A program made the position numbers and the translations under genes. DNA of 64,000 bases from Squalus acanthias (taxonomy: Eukaryota): positions 21,328,001 through 21,392,000 of the forward strand of contig CM059443.1 of the NCBI GenBank assembly GCA_030390025.1, read 5' to 3'. Positions 38,443 to 51,700 of the stretch are shown piece by piece (the first letter of the stretch is position 1; each line of letters starts with the position of its first letter). The notes under the pieces are model-generated. The model searched no databases. It saw only the letters and a program-made list of their open reading frames with translations, and was not told the DNA's origin.

Positions 38443-39187
38443 GGCCCAAAAATTCATCCCGGTGCGCGAGAGTACGCACTGCGTACTCTCGCGTATTCTC
38501 TCTCCAATTGCCGGTTTTCTGCATGCCCTGCGCATGCGCTGAAAACCGGCAATTGCTCTTTTGAAAAGGGGGCGGTTCCTCGGTGCATCGCGTGCGTGCT
38601 ACAGGCTGCGCGCACGCTGTGCACTTCATGCTTTGGACGCGCAGGTAAGTACTGAAGATTTTAGAAATGTAAAAAGGAGGAGTAAGACCCACTTTTAACA
38701 AGGTAAGTAGTGAATTAAGTATTTTTTTGAATTTTTTTTTTTTAACAGGTATATCTTTTTTAGAGACTTTAAAGACAGGTAAGTTTATTTTTATAACTTT
38801 TTAAAAGATTTTAAATTTTTTCACAAATTTAATTTATTTAAAATGGTTAATTTATTTAACTATACTTATTTTATTAATGTGATGGTTTTTTTTTTAATTT
38901 AATTGAGGTTTAGCTGTTATTTTGGGGGGAGTGCAAGATTCATAGATTTCACAGCCGTGCTGTGAAACTTATGAATGGAAGATGGTGTGCTGCCATTGGC
39001 TCTAACTGAGTTACGTGATCCCACAGCTCGCACGAATTCACTACGCCGGTGGGATACGCAAGCACTGCCCGGCTGATGTCTGGAACATCAAGTTCGTGCG
39101 AGCTGGATCTGAAAAAGCACAAGCGAGGTGAGAGATCGCGGGGAAGGCTTACCCCCGCGGGAACAGAGCGAGATCAATTTCTGGGCC
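38443..39187. mobile_element. Harbinger-type MITE, 745 bp, inserted in L2
   Basis: TIRs ggcccaaaaatt / aatttctgggcc. Exact 3-bp target duplication AAT at 38440-38442 and 39188-39190. Confidence 0.88.
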
Positions 39188-40312
39188 AATAAAAGCATGG
39201 ATGAGGGTTTCAGTGGCAAATGGGTTGAGGTAGGGGCGGAGGCAATCAACGTTACAGGTGGAAGTAGGCAGTCTTTGCGATGGAGCTAATATGGAGTCAG
39301 AAGTTCTGCTCACAGTCAAATAGGATGCGGAGGTTGCGAAACAGTCGAGTTTGTGGCGGGGGCCGGACGATTACTTTGGTCTTCTCGATGTTTAGCTGGA
39401 GGAAACTGTGGCTCATCTAAGAGTCGATGCCAGAAAATCAGCCTGATAGTGTAGAGGCAGTGGAGGGTCAAGCGGTAGAGCTGGGTGTCATTAGCATACA
39501 TGTGGAAGTTGGCCCCTCGCCTGTGAAGGAGGTTGCCAAGGAGCAGTATGTAGAAGAAGGAGAGGGCCAAGGATGGGTTCTTGGGGGACTCCCAGGGTAA
39601 TGGGGTGAGGTTGGGAAAAGAAGCCATTCGTAGAGATCTCTGGCTATGATTGGATATACAAGGAATAAGCAAGGCAGTCTACCAAGCTGGGCAACAAAGA
39701 AGTGTTGGAGGAGGATGACGTGGGTTACTGTGTCAAAGACTGCAGTGAGGTCAAGAAGGATGTAGACTGATAATGCACTACGGTCACCATCACAGAGGAT
39801 ACTTATGACTTTCGTTAGGGCTGTTTCGATGCTGTGGGAGCATCAGAATTGGAGAGATTCAACTCGGGATCTGGAAGGCAACAACACAAAGACTCCAGAG
39901 GAAAGGGAGGTTGGAAACAGTGTGGTAGTTTGTAAGAAGAGGAATAAAGGGTGGGGGTGATGACAGTGGTTGTTAAATGGAGGGGGCAGCACCTGAGGAG
40001 AGGGTTCCATTTACATTAGCTAGCAAGTGGGTCAGGAAGAGAAGTCAAGTAATCAGCAGTTTGGTGGTAATGAGATTGAGGAAGCAGGAGATAGGTTTCA
40101 TGGACGAAATGGGCTCAGAAAGTGTATGGGGTGAAATGGGAGAGATACTAGAGATAGGGGTTCAGGGCTAGGTTCTGAGGCACGGAAGGAATTTGGGAGA
40201 TATTTGACTTGGTGGGCGGGCAAGGAGAAGGGAGGCAAAGTAGCAGAGGCAGCTGAATACCGGTCTCGATCTTCATGACAAAGTTGATCACTTTACACTT
40301 GTTCGAGGTGAG

Positions 40313-40327
40313 GTGGGGGGGGGGGTT

Positions 40328-40360
<33 letters not shown>
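40313..40360. repeat. Long poly-G tract
   Basis: Directly visible. Similar runs near 5312, 14726, 40824 and 60267. Confidence 0.9.
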
Positions 40361-40367
<7 letters not shown>

Positions 40368-41072
40368 AGATAGGTTGACAGTGGAGAAAAGAAGCTCGGG
40401 GTTTATCTTTATTCTCCAGGATGAACCTACATTAATGGGCAGTTTTGGCAGAGGAGACAGAGGCTCGGACAGCTCGATGCGTTCCACCCAGATCTGTCAA
40501 TGAATAGCTAAGTCAGTTTGCGCGCCTGATGCGTTTAAGCACCACACAAGTATTGACTGTCGAAGACCAGTTATTTGGCATTTGAATTTTAAAACAAGCT
40601 GAAGAGCAATGTAACCACTACATCCAAGCAGTCAGAGATTAGTTTCCATGTGCACAATTAATCCAATCCAAGATGCAGCATCCACTAGCTGCCATCTTAC
40701 TTTGCAGCCTGGTGCTTGATTCCTTCCTCTTAAACTCCAGTCCTTGATGACCCACTTAATTCCTACCCTATTTTCCCATCACGAGTGATCCGGCCCCATT
40801 TTCCACCAGGGTGACTGTGTGTGGGGGGGGGGGGGTGGAGGAGAGGAAGAGGGAAAGAGGAGACATGGAGAAAGCTGAGGAGAGCATGCACCAGAAGGAG
40901 CATGCGAGACAAAAACAGTCAAGAGATACAGGCAGACCGACCGAGTGGGAGCAATGGAACAAAACAGAGCCACAGCGAGACAAACACCCAAAGTCAGAGA
41001 GAGAGATAAAGATACAGATGGAGAAACGAAAGAGAGACAATAGAATACACACACACACACGAGAAAAAAAAG

Positions 41073-41490
41073 AGTAGCACTCTCATACCCAAGTCAGAAG
41101 GTTTAAGACCCATTCCAGAGACTTTAGCACATAATCTAGACTGACACTTCATTGCAGTACTGAAGAAGCACTGCACTGTTGGAGGTGCGGTCTTTCAGAT
41201 GAGATGTTAAACCAAAGCAGTCTTTCCTCAGGTGGATGTAAAAGATCCTGTGGCACTATTCGAAGCAGAGCAGAGTTTTCCTGGTGTCTTGATCAGAAAT
41301 TATCCCTCAACCATCACTAAAAGAGTTTAACTGGTCGTTTATCACATTGCTATCTGTGGGAACTGGCTGCCACATTTCCCTACCTTACAACAGTGACTGC
41401 CCTTCTAAAAGAAATATACTTCAGTGGCTTGAACACACGTTGGGACACTCTGAGATCATTAAAGTTGTATAAATCAAGAGTTCTTTCTTT
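41073..41490 (+). mobile_element. Deu-domain SINE, moderately diverged
   Basis: ggaggtgcggtctttcagatgagatgttaaacc..caggtggatgtaaaagatcctgtggcactattcgaag is the Deu core. Confidence 0.85.
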
Positions 41491-44400
41491 CACATCCTGG
41501 TCCCAGCCTTGTGGCCTACCTCAAAAGCCTGGCCCTGCCCCAGAATCATTCTACGATACACCATCCGGACCAGCGGTTTCCAAATTTGAAGAGTCAAACG
41601 TTGCCACTTTGTGGAGAATAGAATTCACAGTGTCCATTTGAATTAATTTGAAAAGTCAGGTCAGTCAACAACAACAAAATTATTTCAAAGAGAAGGGTAG
41701 TTACTCTAAACTTAGAAATGGTAGGTTAAAATTCTAAGCAATTCAGATCACATTTCTGATCAGTGGTCACTGGCCTGTGATCAACTACTTCACAACTGAT
41801 ACAAAAAGTTAATTTCCCCGTTTGTCTGAAAAAAGTTTCATAAATATTTACTAAAAAGTTGTTCATGAAAAAAATTAGCCATCTTTATTCAATACAAAGT
41901 CTTCTCGGTCCAAATTGTTGAATAAAAATAGAAACAAAATCATCCTTCTAGGTAGCAAAATGTTGAATGGCATGAACCACTGTCACCAATGCTGTTAACA
42001 TCTAGAGAACAGGTGGACTTGGTGTGGAAAAATGAGATATATGATTAATTCCCCACTCTTGGCACAGTATCCATGGCTCAGCAGAACTTACTAAGCCTGT
42101 GCTGCAGTACCTGCCAACATTTGAAAGTAAACAGAACCATGCAAATAAGGAACATACACTTTAGTGAGCAACAGCAATTCCCCCGACGTCTCTGTGGGTA
42201 AATCCACTGCTCGGTGTGGCACTCGGCCATACGGAAAAGGAAGATCTTGGAAGGTCTCGGATCTGCGCTGAATACAGCCAGCATGGCAATTGGGGCACTT
42301 CAGCCAATCTCAGCAGTTTGGATTAAGGAAGAGTCCCCCACTCCTGGTAACTTTCTTGCAGGGAAATGCAGGCGTGGACATTGGATGAGAGCAGGATTGG
42401 GATCTGCTATGATGCCATCTCTCTTCTTCTACCACCCCTCCCCCCCTCCTATTAATGCCATTTCTAGCTGATGCTTGGGCCGCCTTTTGAAGGACCTTCC
42501 CAAAATGGCAGATGTGGATGTCAGCATGAATGGGAACGTTAAGGAATCTTTAAGAATGAAGCTAACTGGAATCAATTTTAAATTTGCAATATTTGCCTGG
42601 CTGATGTATTGCGTATATAAATAAGTACATTTTATCGTTACAGAAATTACAACAGAGCTCTGCCTCTGTCACAACATATTCCTTTCTGTTAAAAGAGTTC
42701 CTATATTAATTATTTTGCATCATTAGCCATATTACATTTAACCTGCAATCTATTGGTCTAATTACCTAAATTCATCAGATTCTGGTTATACTGTTCCTTG
42801 TTATTTGCTTTGCCTCCTAATCTGATATAGTCTCCAAATTGTTTTGCTTACTATAAGAGTCGTTAAAAAAAAAGCAAGGTTCCAACACCCCTGCCATTCA
42901 CAAGAGCAGGTTTTCGTGTGACCGTGGGGAAGTTGGTCAGAGCGAGCTTGCCGCCCACACGATGGAAGATGTCCAAAGCCTGACCCACTTTCACGGTCGG
43001 GCCTCATCAGCATTCCATCGCCAAGCTGCTCGCACTTTTGAAGCAGCTTGCCAATAGTAAGGGACAGGAAATACAGTGGCTCCACCCCGGAGCCCAGCTG
43101 GCACAGGTAGGTGGAGAGGAGGGATTAGCATTAATGCCGTTTCTAGCAGATGCTTGGGCCGCCCATTTCAAGGACCTTCCCAAAATGACAGACGTGGACA
43201 TCAGCATGAATGGAGATGTTAAATGCTGCACTATTTTGATCATGCTACCTGCCCCCCCCCCCCCCCCCCAGCGAAAGTGATCTCTTTATAATGTGTAAAG
43301 CTCCATTTCTGGTCCCACTTCATTTCTTATTTTTGAACCGTTTTTTATATAAATAGTGCTACATTTCTATCTCCTATTACATGACTTCTAACCTCAGCCA
43401 CTAAATCGCTGATGCAGAAATTTAGCAAAGGCTTTCTGAAAACCCAATGTCAACTGCATTGCCCCATCCCACCATGTCAGTCATGTTTTTGCTGCTGACA
43501 CTCTCAATCCAAGCAGGTACTCGTGTCCAACCGGTTTCTGCAGTATAACAGCTTCACTAAAGCACACTATTCACATAACGTTTATGATCTTTTACCAACT
43601 GAAAACAAGATAAATTAACATCCCAGTGCTTTCACCATTACATACCAAATAAAGTTCCAGAAAATTTCCAGTGCAGTTTAAAGGATTACACAATTCTTCC
43701 ATTACTTATTACGAGACACTATTTTGGTACAATTAGTTCTACTTATTCAACAGCTCATGTCAACACTTCCATCTATTTTGGTATGTTTTCCACCACATTC
43801 AAAATGACAAAGATCGAGTTTCAGTTTAGCTTGTAAACATTACGTTTTGGACACTCAGCCGCATGTTCCATTAGCTCCTTCCAAGGTGAAAACCTAGGAA
43901 ACCATGCAATCTAATTTTCTCCACCCCTTTCCAAATGAGTTGATGAATAAGATTGAAAGCTGTCAAATTTTAATTGAGTTGATGGTTGAATTTCTATTAC
44001 TTTTGCAGTGGAAGGCAACAGTTGAAACCGATTAATCAGAAATTAACCGACAACCCTAGCAACAAGCAATTAAATCGCAAGTTCACGAGGTGAAAACTAG
44101 CAAATCATTCCCTGGCTCAAAAGGGGTGCCAATTTGACTGCCTTGGGAAGTTACCTCAGTCATCAACACTGCTGGAATCGAGTATAGTTTCAGTTTTTGG
44201 CTGTTGGTTCTTTCTGCTCAGTGACTGACTATAAATGTTGGTTTAGAACTGAAGGTTAATGCTGCAAAATGCCCCTCCACAAGTGGTAAAACTTCAGTGA
44301 AAGAAAACATTTAAAGATTACACACACACAAATTGCACAACATCTTATTGATTGCCTAAGATACGATTACTGATGTTAACTTGAGAGTGGAATTTCATAG

Positions 44401-46353
44401 TCCTATCACTTGGCCGCAATCACAACTGATAAAGCTCAGAGAATAGTATTGATTCTGAAGTTCAGATTACTAGAATTTTCTTTTATTCTGTATGAAAACA
44501 GAAATCCAACCGCAGCGAGTGGCATTGGGGTCTTTTGTTTTATCAATTTATCATTCATACCAGGTGTGTAACTGAAGGCAAAATAGAACCCGATGGCTGT
44601 CAACAGTTTTTTCCAAATAATTTCTAACTACATTAGTTTAGAACAATACAATTCCACCTACAGGATCTAAGCTAGCTGAATCTGGTCTACACTGAGATGA
44701 GACTCCCTCTGTGAACTGCTAGAGTTCCAAGTTAGATGAGTTTGGGCAATCACAGCAGCAGAGGATTGTCCATTATTTGGCATCCCTGGCCAGATGTTGA
44801 AGATGTCTGCTGTAGAAAATGGAAATGTTACACTTGGTGAGACAGTTGGAATTGATGGGCATTGTTGAGGGAGACTAAGCATGCATCTAATCTGGGAATG
44901 CTCATTATTCAACTTCCCATCATATCTCGCATGAATAAGCAAAAAAAAGTTAATGCATGAAACAATATTAGAAGCTAATTAAGTTACTGGATATACACTG
45001 AATGATTCTTGTATCAATTTGAGACAGTTTACTGAAATTCAAGGTAACCATCTCAGCAACATTAGTTTTCAGTGTTGCCTAAGTAGCCTCTTTCCAACAA
45101 AATCAACTTAACACTTCTCCCGGAATCATGTACAGAACTAGGTCTCAAGGAACTGTAAGGCAGCAGAAAACTTTCCCAATACAAACATGCGAGGTTTAAT
45201 ACAAGACTTATGTTGAATTTCCTACAAATCTATTGAAAATAAGTTTTAGCAGGGACAAACTAAAAATGGGAGGAAAAGCCATCTTGATTTTCACCGCAGA
45301 GAGCTCCACTTTATGAAGATAGTGCCTCTGGTAGGCCTCATTTCAATTTTGCGCACGTACGAGGAAAGGTTGCTTTCCCTCCCCATCATTGCGGGCAAAG
45401 CATAAAGGGAAAAGGGGATCTCTTCAAATAAGTGTCAAAGAGACAGTAGAAAAGGAAAACAAGTTTGAATTGCAGACGAACCATATGATGTGTCCTTTTT
45501 ATAGGGCATTAAAGATAACTTGGTACAAGTAGGGCAGCTCTGGTTAATCTTTTGTGCAGTTCATTAATTAAATACCAGGACAACGGAAAATAACTAACAT
45601 TCCACATTTTAAACAAGGTGAGGATCAGGAAACTGGAAAATAAGATTTGGGTAACACTAGGAAGCAAGACAAATATTGGAGTCTGTAACGAGAGGAGCGA
45701 TTGAAGTTCACTGCTCAAGAGTAAAGGCAATAAATTCCAAGAAAACACGGGTTTAAAAAATGGCAGCTCATACCCAACAAATTCTAATTACTAACAAGTG
45801 TGCACGCATGTGAGGGAGTGAGAGCTATGCTTTCTTTATTTGTTTTGAATTATGAATGTTTACAGAAGTCACTTCTTTCAGTGAGAAGACAATTGATCAG
45901 TTTATGTTTCCAAATAGAAAACCTAGCTGAGGAAGAGAGATGCAGATGAGAGCGCGAGAGAAAAATGGGGTGGGGGGGGTGGAGAGAGAGAGATCAGATT
46001 ACATTTATATATTATATAAAACTAGAGCACCTGTGAACTCTGCTAAGCAATTTTACGATTTGCAAAATTCCCTGACCAAATAATTAAACTCCCAGATATC
46101 CAAACTTGTGTTTACTTAGGAATTCGACTTTGTTGCCAGAAAGGGTCACAGCTCGAACTTGGCATTATACACTGTGTATTACAAAAAACCAAGAATGCAG
46201 GAAATTGCAAATAATATTAAAAATTCATCTGCGCGCACAGAAATCACACTTTTGTTAGTGCTACAAAGTAATCTTAGTGTTTTGTACTTCTGAGCTGGAG
46301 TTTGAAACTCATGAACATATTTCAATTTCCAAAAGGTCTTTGATTAAACAATT

Positions 46354-46878
46354 GGGGATAGTAATTGGAACTTGTTGCGTCTTGTTTTAAGGAGTAAAGT
46401 GGGTGCAATGAGGGACAGGGGTTAAATGAGGGGCCGACCGCCTGTTTTAGGCCCCTTTGCTGAAATGAGTGTGAGATGAGCAGAGCAGGAGCCAGGCCTC
46501 CTCTGCTCGGGATTCTTCAGCAACTGCCAACAAAAAGTAATTCTTAAAAGATCATTTCAAATGTCGTCCCTGTGGAGCCAGGAAGAGCAGGAGTGCTCCC
46601 CAGCTCCACAGTCATCGCTTCCCCCTGTTGACAGTCCACCTCCCCTGCCGGGATTTACCTTCGACTGCCGTCGGCGAGGCAAGTGGCCCGGCACTCGTCT
46701 TTTTAAAATGATCGAGCTACTTGTGGAGGCACAACAAGTACCTGCAGCTCGCCCAAATAATGTGAACGCCCCTGAGGCCCAATTCCAGGCTGGCTTCGGG
46801 CCGCCCGCTGGGGCGCGCGCTCCATGCGCAGTACCAATTTCAGGCCGAAAAATTGGCCTTAAAAGGAATTTCTGCCCC
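46354..46878. mobile_element. Harbinger-type MITE, diverged
   Basis: Ends ggggatagtaatt / aatttctgcccc with a GC-rich interior in the style of 26936 and 62364. Confidence 0.6.
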
Positions 46879-47194
46879 TTCAACTCAGCCTTTAGATTTT
46901 GTGGTGTTAGAAGGACAGAATACCCCACATTGTGCATTACATGGTATAATGCTCCTACACGTCTAAAAAAAAGTGTATCTTTTGAGCAATGCCATGGGAG
47001 CTTCTATATGTACACTTGTCAACATATCAAACATGTGTCTGAAACTTAATTGAAGAGTTGTGGAACAAGCAAAATTACAGTGCTAATAACCAAATGCAAT
47101 TAAAAATCCAAGTTTCTCACATTTTGATCTTTTGTTACCAACTAAAGGTTAATATTCCAGCTAAATATTTCCTTGTCACATGGTAATGTTTTTA

Positions 47195-47795
47195 TACAAC
47201 AACTTGCATTTATATAGCGCCTTTAACGTAGCAAAACTTCCGAAGGCGTGTCACAGGAGCACTATCAGTCAAAATTCAACACAGAGCTACATAAGATGAT
47301 ATTAGGACAGATGACCAAAAGCTTGCTCAAAGAGGTACGGTTTTAATGCACGTCTTAAAAAAGGAGGATAGGGGAGTGGAGAAGTTTAGGGAGGGAATTC
47401 CAGAGCTTGAGGCCTAGACAGTTGAAGGTATGGCTGCCAATGTAGGGACAAAGGAAATCAGGGGGTGCACAAGAGGCCAGAATTGGAGGAACGCAGAGCT
47501 CTCGGAGGGTTGTAGGGCTGGAGGAAGTTACAGAGATAGAGGGGCGAAGCCATCGAGCTATCTGAACATGAGAATTTAAAATCTGAGGCGTTGCTGGACA
47601 GGAGACAATGTAGGTCAGTGAGCACAGGGGTAATGGAAAAATTGGACATGGTGCGAGTTATGATACAGCCAACAGAGTTTTGGATGAGCTCAAGTTTACA
47701 GAGGGTGGAAGATGGGAGGCAGGCCAGCCAGGGGAGCATTGGAGTAGTCCAGTTTGAAGGTAACAAAGGCATGGATGATGGTGAAACTCAGCAAA
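47195..47795 (-). mobile_element. L2 LINE 3' fragment (RT C-terminus and tail)
   Basis: Track ORF 47458..47772 contains LPSSTLCKLELIQNS..ITPVLTDLH. Tail reads aacaacaacttgcatttatatagcgcc. Confidence 0.88.
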
Positions 47796-50700
47796 AATAA
47801 TCAGGAATAATTTTTTTTACAGTCCAGGTGTTTAAAAATCGGTGGAAAATTAATTAAACTGAAAACAAAGTTGACAAACTTCAGCAATTTATTTTGATTG
47901 CCACAAAACGGTTCTGCAGGGTCTTTAGCTGTACATGGCAATGCATCTGTCCGTCAGCTTTCCAAGACATCAAAAGGCAAGACGCAGAACAGATATTATA
48001 AACAAATTAAAGTAAAATATATGGCCAGTAAAATAAAAAAGGCGCAGAAGTTGTTGCAGACTTCATTTAAAATTTCCTCCCCAATCCTCTCCTCCACTTG
48101 ATTTCATACACAAAATAAAAAAATTATAAAGAGTTTGTAGAAAATCTCTGAGGTTACAAACTGAAATATAAACAAAATCCAGTACGTCTATGAAGAGTCC
48201 AAAAAATTTCTTTAAACAATGCAAATTAAGACAATCAAGCTTTTTTTTTAAAAAAAGAGCTTCCCCTTGGCATAACAAATTAATCACTCTCAAGGGGAGC
48301 AGGTGCAAAACAGCCACATGGCACTGTACTGTTTTCCTAATCCACGGGGAATTCACACATGGATGCCCACGAATTACTCTCTGCAAATCCTACAGGACAA
48401 ACATCATTCACACATCTTACATTGTCGCCTGCAAGTTCTTTGCCTCTAATCATAATCATGCAGCTAAACTTGAGAAAAACCTCTCCAAATGTGGAAAAGG
48501 TCCGAGACTCCCAACTATTCGCACCATTAGCAGAAAAATGTTTGCTCCTGTTTTTGAAGCAGCTCGGTTAACTCCCCAGCAATGCCATAAAAAGAAACAG
48601 TAGTATTTTTCTTGGTAATTAATCGCGCAGATTCTTCGGTGAGCCACTGCTCCGGCTAGCACTACTTAAAATCCCATCCATATAATAATTATAGGTTGTC
48701 TTCAGATAACATATTTAGCAAACCAGCATCTCCATCTCCCTTAGCATTCTCTGTCTGACACTTCAGAATTAGACACTTATTGTACTGTTATACTTGAAGT
48801 CTAATTTGTCAATTGAACGACATTTTTTTCCCATCTTACTATTTTCTGCTTTTGTGAAACCCTGAGCTGCAACTGAAAAAGCTAAAATGAGCATAGCTTC
48901 AGTAACTAGTTATATCTTCAGAGCGCATACAACCGTAAGCATTGTAAAGTTCCGTAACACACTTATTAAATATTTCAGGATTAACAGTCCAGGACCAGTG
49001 ACTAAAAGCCTTGTAACAGTAACGGTCAATTTGGCAAACAGATGGCCAGACTGGTCCTATGCTGTAATTTTACCCAACTAGGATAGCATTCTTCATTTTG
49101 AAGTTACTTGCAGCTTTAAATTCAATTAAGCTCCAATACCCTTCTGCCCAACTTCTGAAGACCCCGGCATAGACAATTTTCAAATGAGCAGCTCTCACTA
49201 ATATGGTTAGCACACTGTACATCACACAAGTTACTGTAGAATGATTTAAAATCGTGGCCAATATATTTTCCAGGTATAGGTCAGGTTTTCATGATATTTT
49301 AAAAAGTCTGCACTCCAAGCTCAACTCCATACAGTCGAAGTAACTGTGGCAATTATTATTATTTCAGGCCAGAACGTTCCCTGAAAAACACATTTTATTG
49401 AAAAGCATCAATGATCAGTTTTTAATGCTGAACCAATGTATGCAAGTGGCCCTTATGAACTATTTAATGTTTTGTTACCAACATGCTGCAAAAAAGAAAA
49501 AGTAATTTAAGCCAATATGCTCGAGTGTTGTGGCACACCTTTCTTGCAGGATGTTCTGTATGCATCACCTCAAACTGCTCTCACCACTATTACCAGTACT
49601 TCACCCTAATCTCACATTGTGGTCTCTTAAGACACAACAGGAAAAATTGAACTACTGTATGGCATTTTTCCAAATTCAAATGAAATATATATATAAAAAA
49701 CCCCATTACTGAAACGCACTTGACAAACAAACAGTGTATACATACACCCCTACCTTCAAACCAGCATCATCAACTTAACTCTACCATGCTGTCTCGGATT
49801 GCACCAAGCACAAAGGAGTTTTTATATACACACCCACCACAAAACAAGCTTACAAATCCATTAGGAGTATAACTGCACCGCAATAATAAACTTGTGATCA
49901 TGACAGAGGACAGCAGTTTCAAAGATTCTACCTGCAATCTTGTCCTTCAAGTTACTTGTCCTAAATTGCAACCTATTGTACTCCCAGGAGCCCATTTTGT
50001 TTTAATTAAACAAAAAGTGGCCTAGTAACAAATACCGTATTAATTGTTCCAAATTATTTACTGCAGTAAAATGGGAGTAAATAGCCTTTTCAGTAAGCCC
50101 CTCAAGTGTTTATACGGTGCAAGTGAGAATTTGATCTCAAAACACTAAACACAGTGGGAAAGTGAGAGAGTCCCCCAGTCGGCAGCAATAGGTTTCAAAG
50201 GAGTTGGAAAGCAGAACAGAAGCTCATTAGAGAAAGCTACGGGGCCTGAAAAGGCAGCAGACACAAGTCAGGAGTGACTGGAGACTCAAAATGCACAGCA
50301 GAAACCAGATCATAGAACAACAGATAACGTGAGGCGCATCAGAGACAGTTTTATCAGAGGAAGCAAAAGTAGAAGTAGAGATGCCAACTCAGGGCAGACT
50401 GGAAATAAAGGTGGCAGGCGGAAAAAAAAATACATAGTACATAATAAAATAGAAGGGCAAGCAAGACATTCAGAATGTACCTGGAAAAGATCAAAATACA
50501 ACAAAACACTGGGGATGTCACAGAGCAGATCAGAGCCAAAATAGCTACTGCAGAAAGCAGCTTAGGGCTGTCAGCAGAGATTCTTCATTAGTTATGCTTC
50601 ATGTACTATGGTATGGGAGCCAATTCAAGTAGAAAATTGCAAGGATATACCTCTGAGGAACTTTTCCATGAGAAACTAAACTACTTTCCCTTCCCAAATT

Positions 50701-51169
50701 AGAATGCATTTTCATATTTACTGTTTTCTTCTAATACTAGCAAGAGGACAGTATGCCTTTGGTGTGTCCTTTCTCATCAAGCCTACGGTTGAAACCTGAA
50801 TTTTTTTCTTGATGTTCGAGCCTGCTCATTACAAAAAGCAAAGTATCTGGTCATGTGGTGTCAGGCAGGGCTGGCAATGCAATCTACCTGGAAGGCAGCC
50901 AAACAGAAGATGATAATTATGCTCACCTCTTGCATACAAGACAAATTCTTTCAGTCACATCTTGCTCAAGAATTCTTCCAAAAACACATCAACAACAGGT
51001 CCCCACTGACAAGGGCAACTTTTCTTAGAACATCTTGGCGGGACTAGGCAGGGGAGTGGTAGATCTGAATACGAACAGATCTGTATCTTCACCACCTCCA
51101 AAGTTGGGCAATTCCTTGGCCTGGGCCTAGCAATGAGGAAAGTCTTTTTGCCAAACTTCATCTCTCCTA

Positions 51170-51700
51170 TCTACATCAATATCCTGAACATAATTCATTC
51201 AGAACCGGGCTGATTTCTTCAATCCTCTATCTGCTGTAGTTCACCAGATTGCGATTAGCAGACTGTAGATATAGCTTCAGAGGTGGATGCTTGCCGTATT
51301 CAAACCATCTGGACAGTTCCATTAAGGCTTATAAAACAAAAGCCCCAAAATTGTGGACCCTGAGCTCAGCTTCCTGCTTTACATCCAAAATCGGTCAACA
51401 AAATTGCTTCTCATCACCAAAAACCCAATCTACGTTTTAATTACCCTGGGGCTGTCGTTCTCCGCTGCTCTCTTTGCTGGCCTCCCAATTTCTACCATTC
51501 ACAAACTACAAGCCATCCAGAATGCAGAGAGATTTTTTTTGTCCACACTGGGGACTGCACCCCCATCATCCATGACCTCAGCAAGATTCACTGGCTTCTT
51601 GTGGCCTAGAGAATCCACCAAGATTCGCATCCTCATGTTTAAATCCCTCCATGGCCTTGCTCCTCCATTAACTCCTTTATGTTCTTCAGCTCCATGTCCC
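51170..51700 (+). mobile_element. Old L2 LINE RT fragment
   Basis: Track ORF 51353..51766 contains LFAGLPISTIHKLQAIQNA and KIRILMFKSLHGLAPP. Confidence 0.78.

Larger units (their letters stand above)
38285..40490 (-). mobile_element. Decayed L2 LINE fragment interrupted by a MITE
   Basis: Minus-strand peptides SRLNHSNALLAGLSSFTLCKLQ and FHMYANDTQLY (YADD motif region). The sequence is continuous across the insertion at 38443-39187. Confidence 0.8.

Noticed and set aside
42451-42542. HDV-like ribozyme or C/D snoRNA in the duplicated unit
   Set aside because: Pseudoknot-like pairings exist, but there is no P4/J4-2 core, the pairings are broken in the second copy and there is no proper D box.
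48063-48662. Cluster of 68-137 aa ORFs
   Set aside because: No recognisable domain, no convincing splice structure, and composition like intron sequence.
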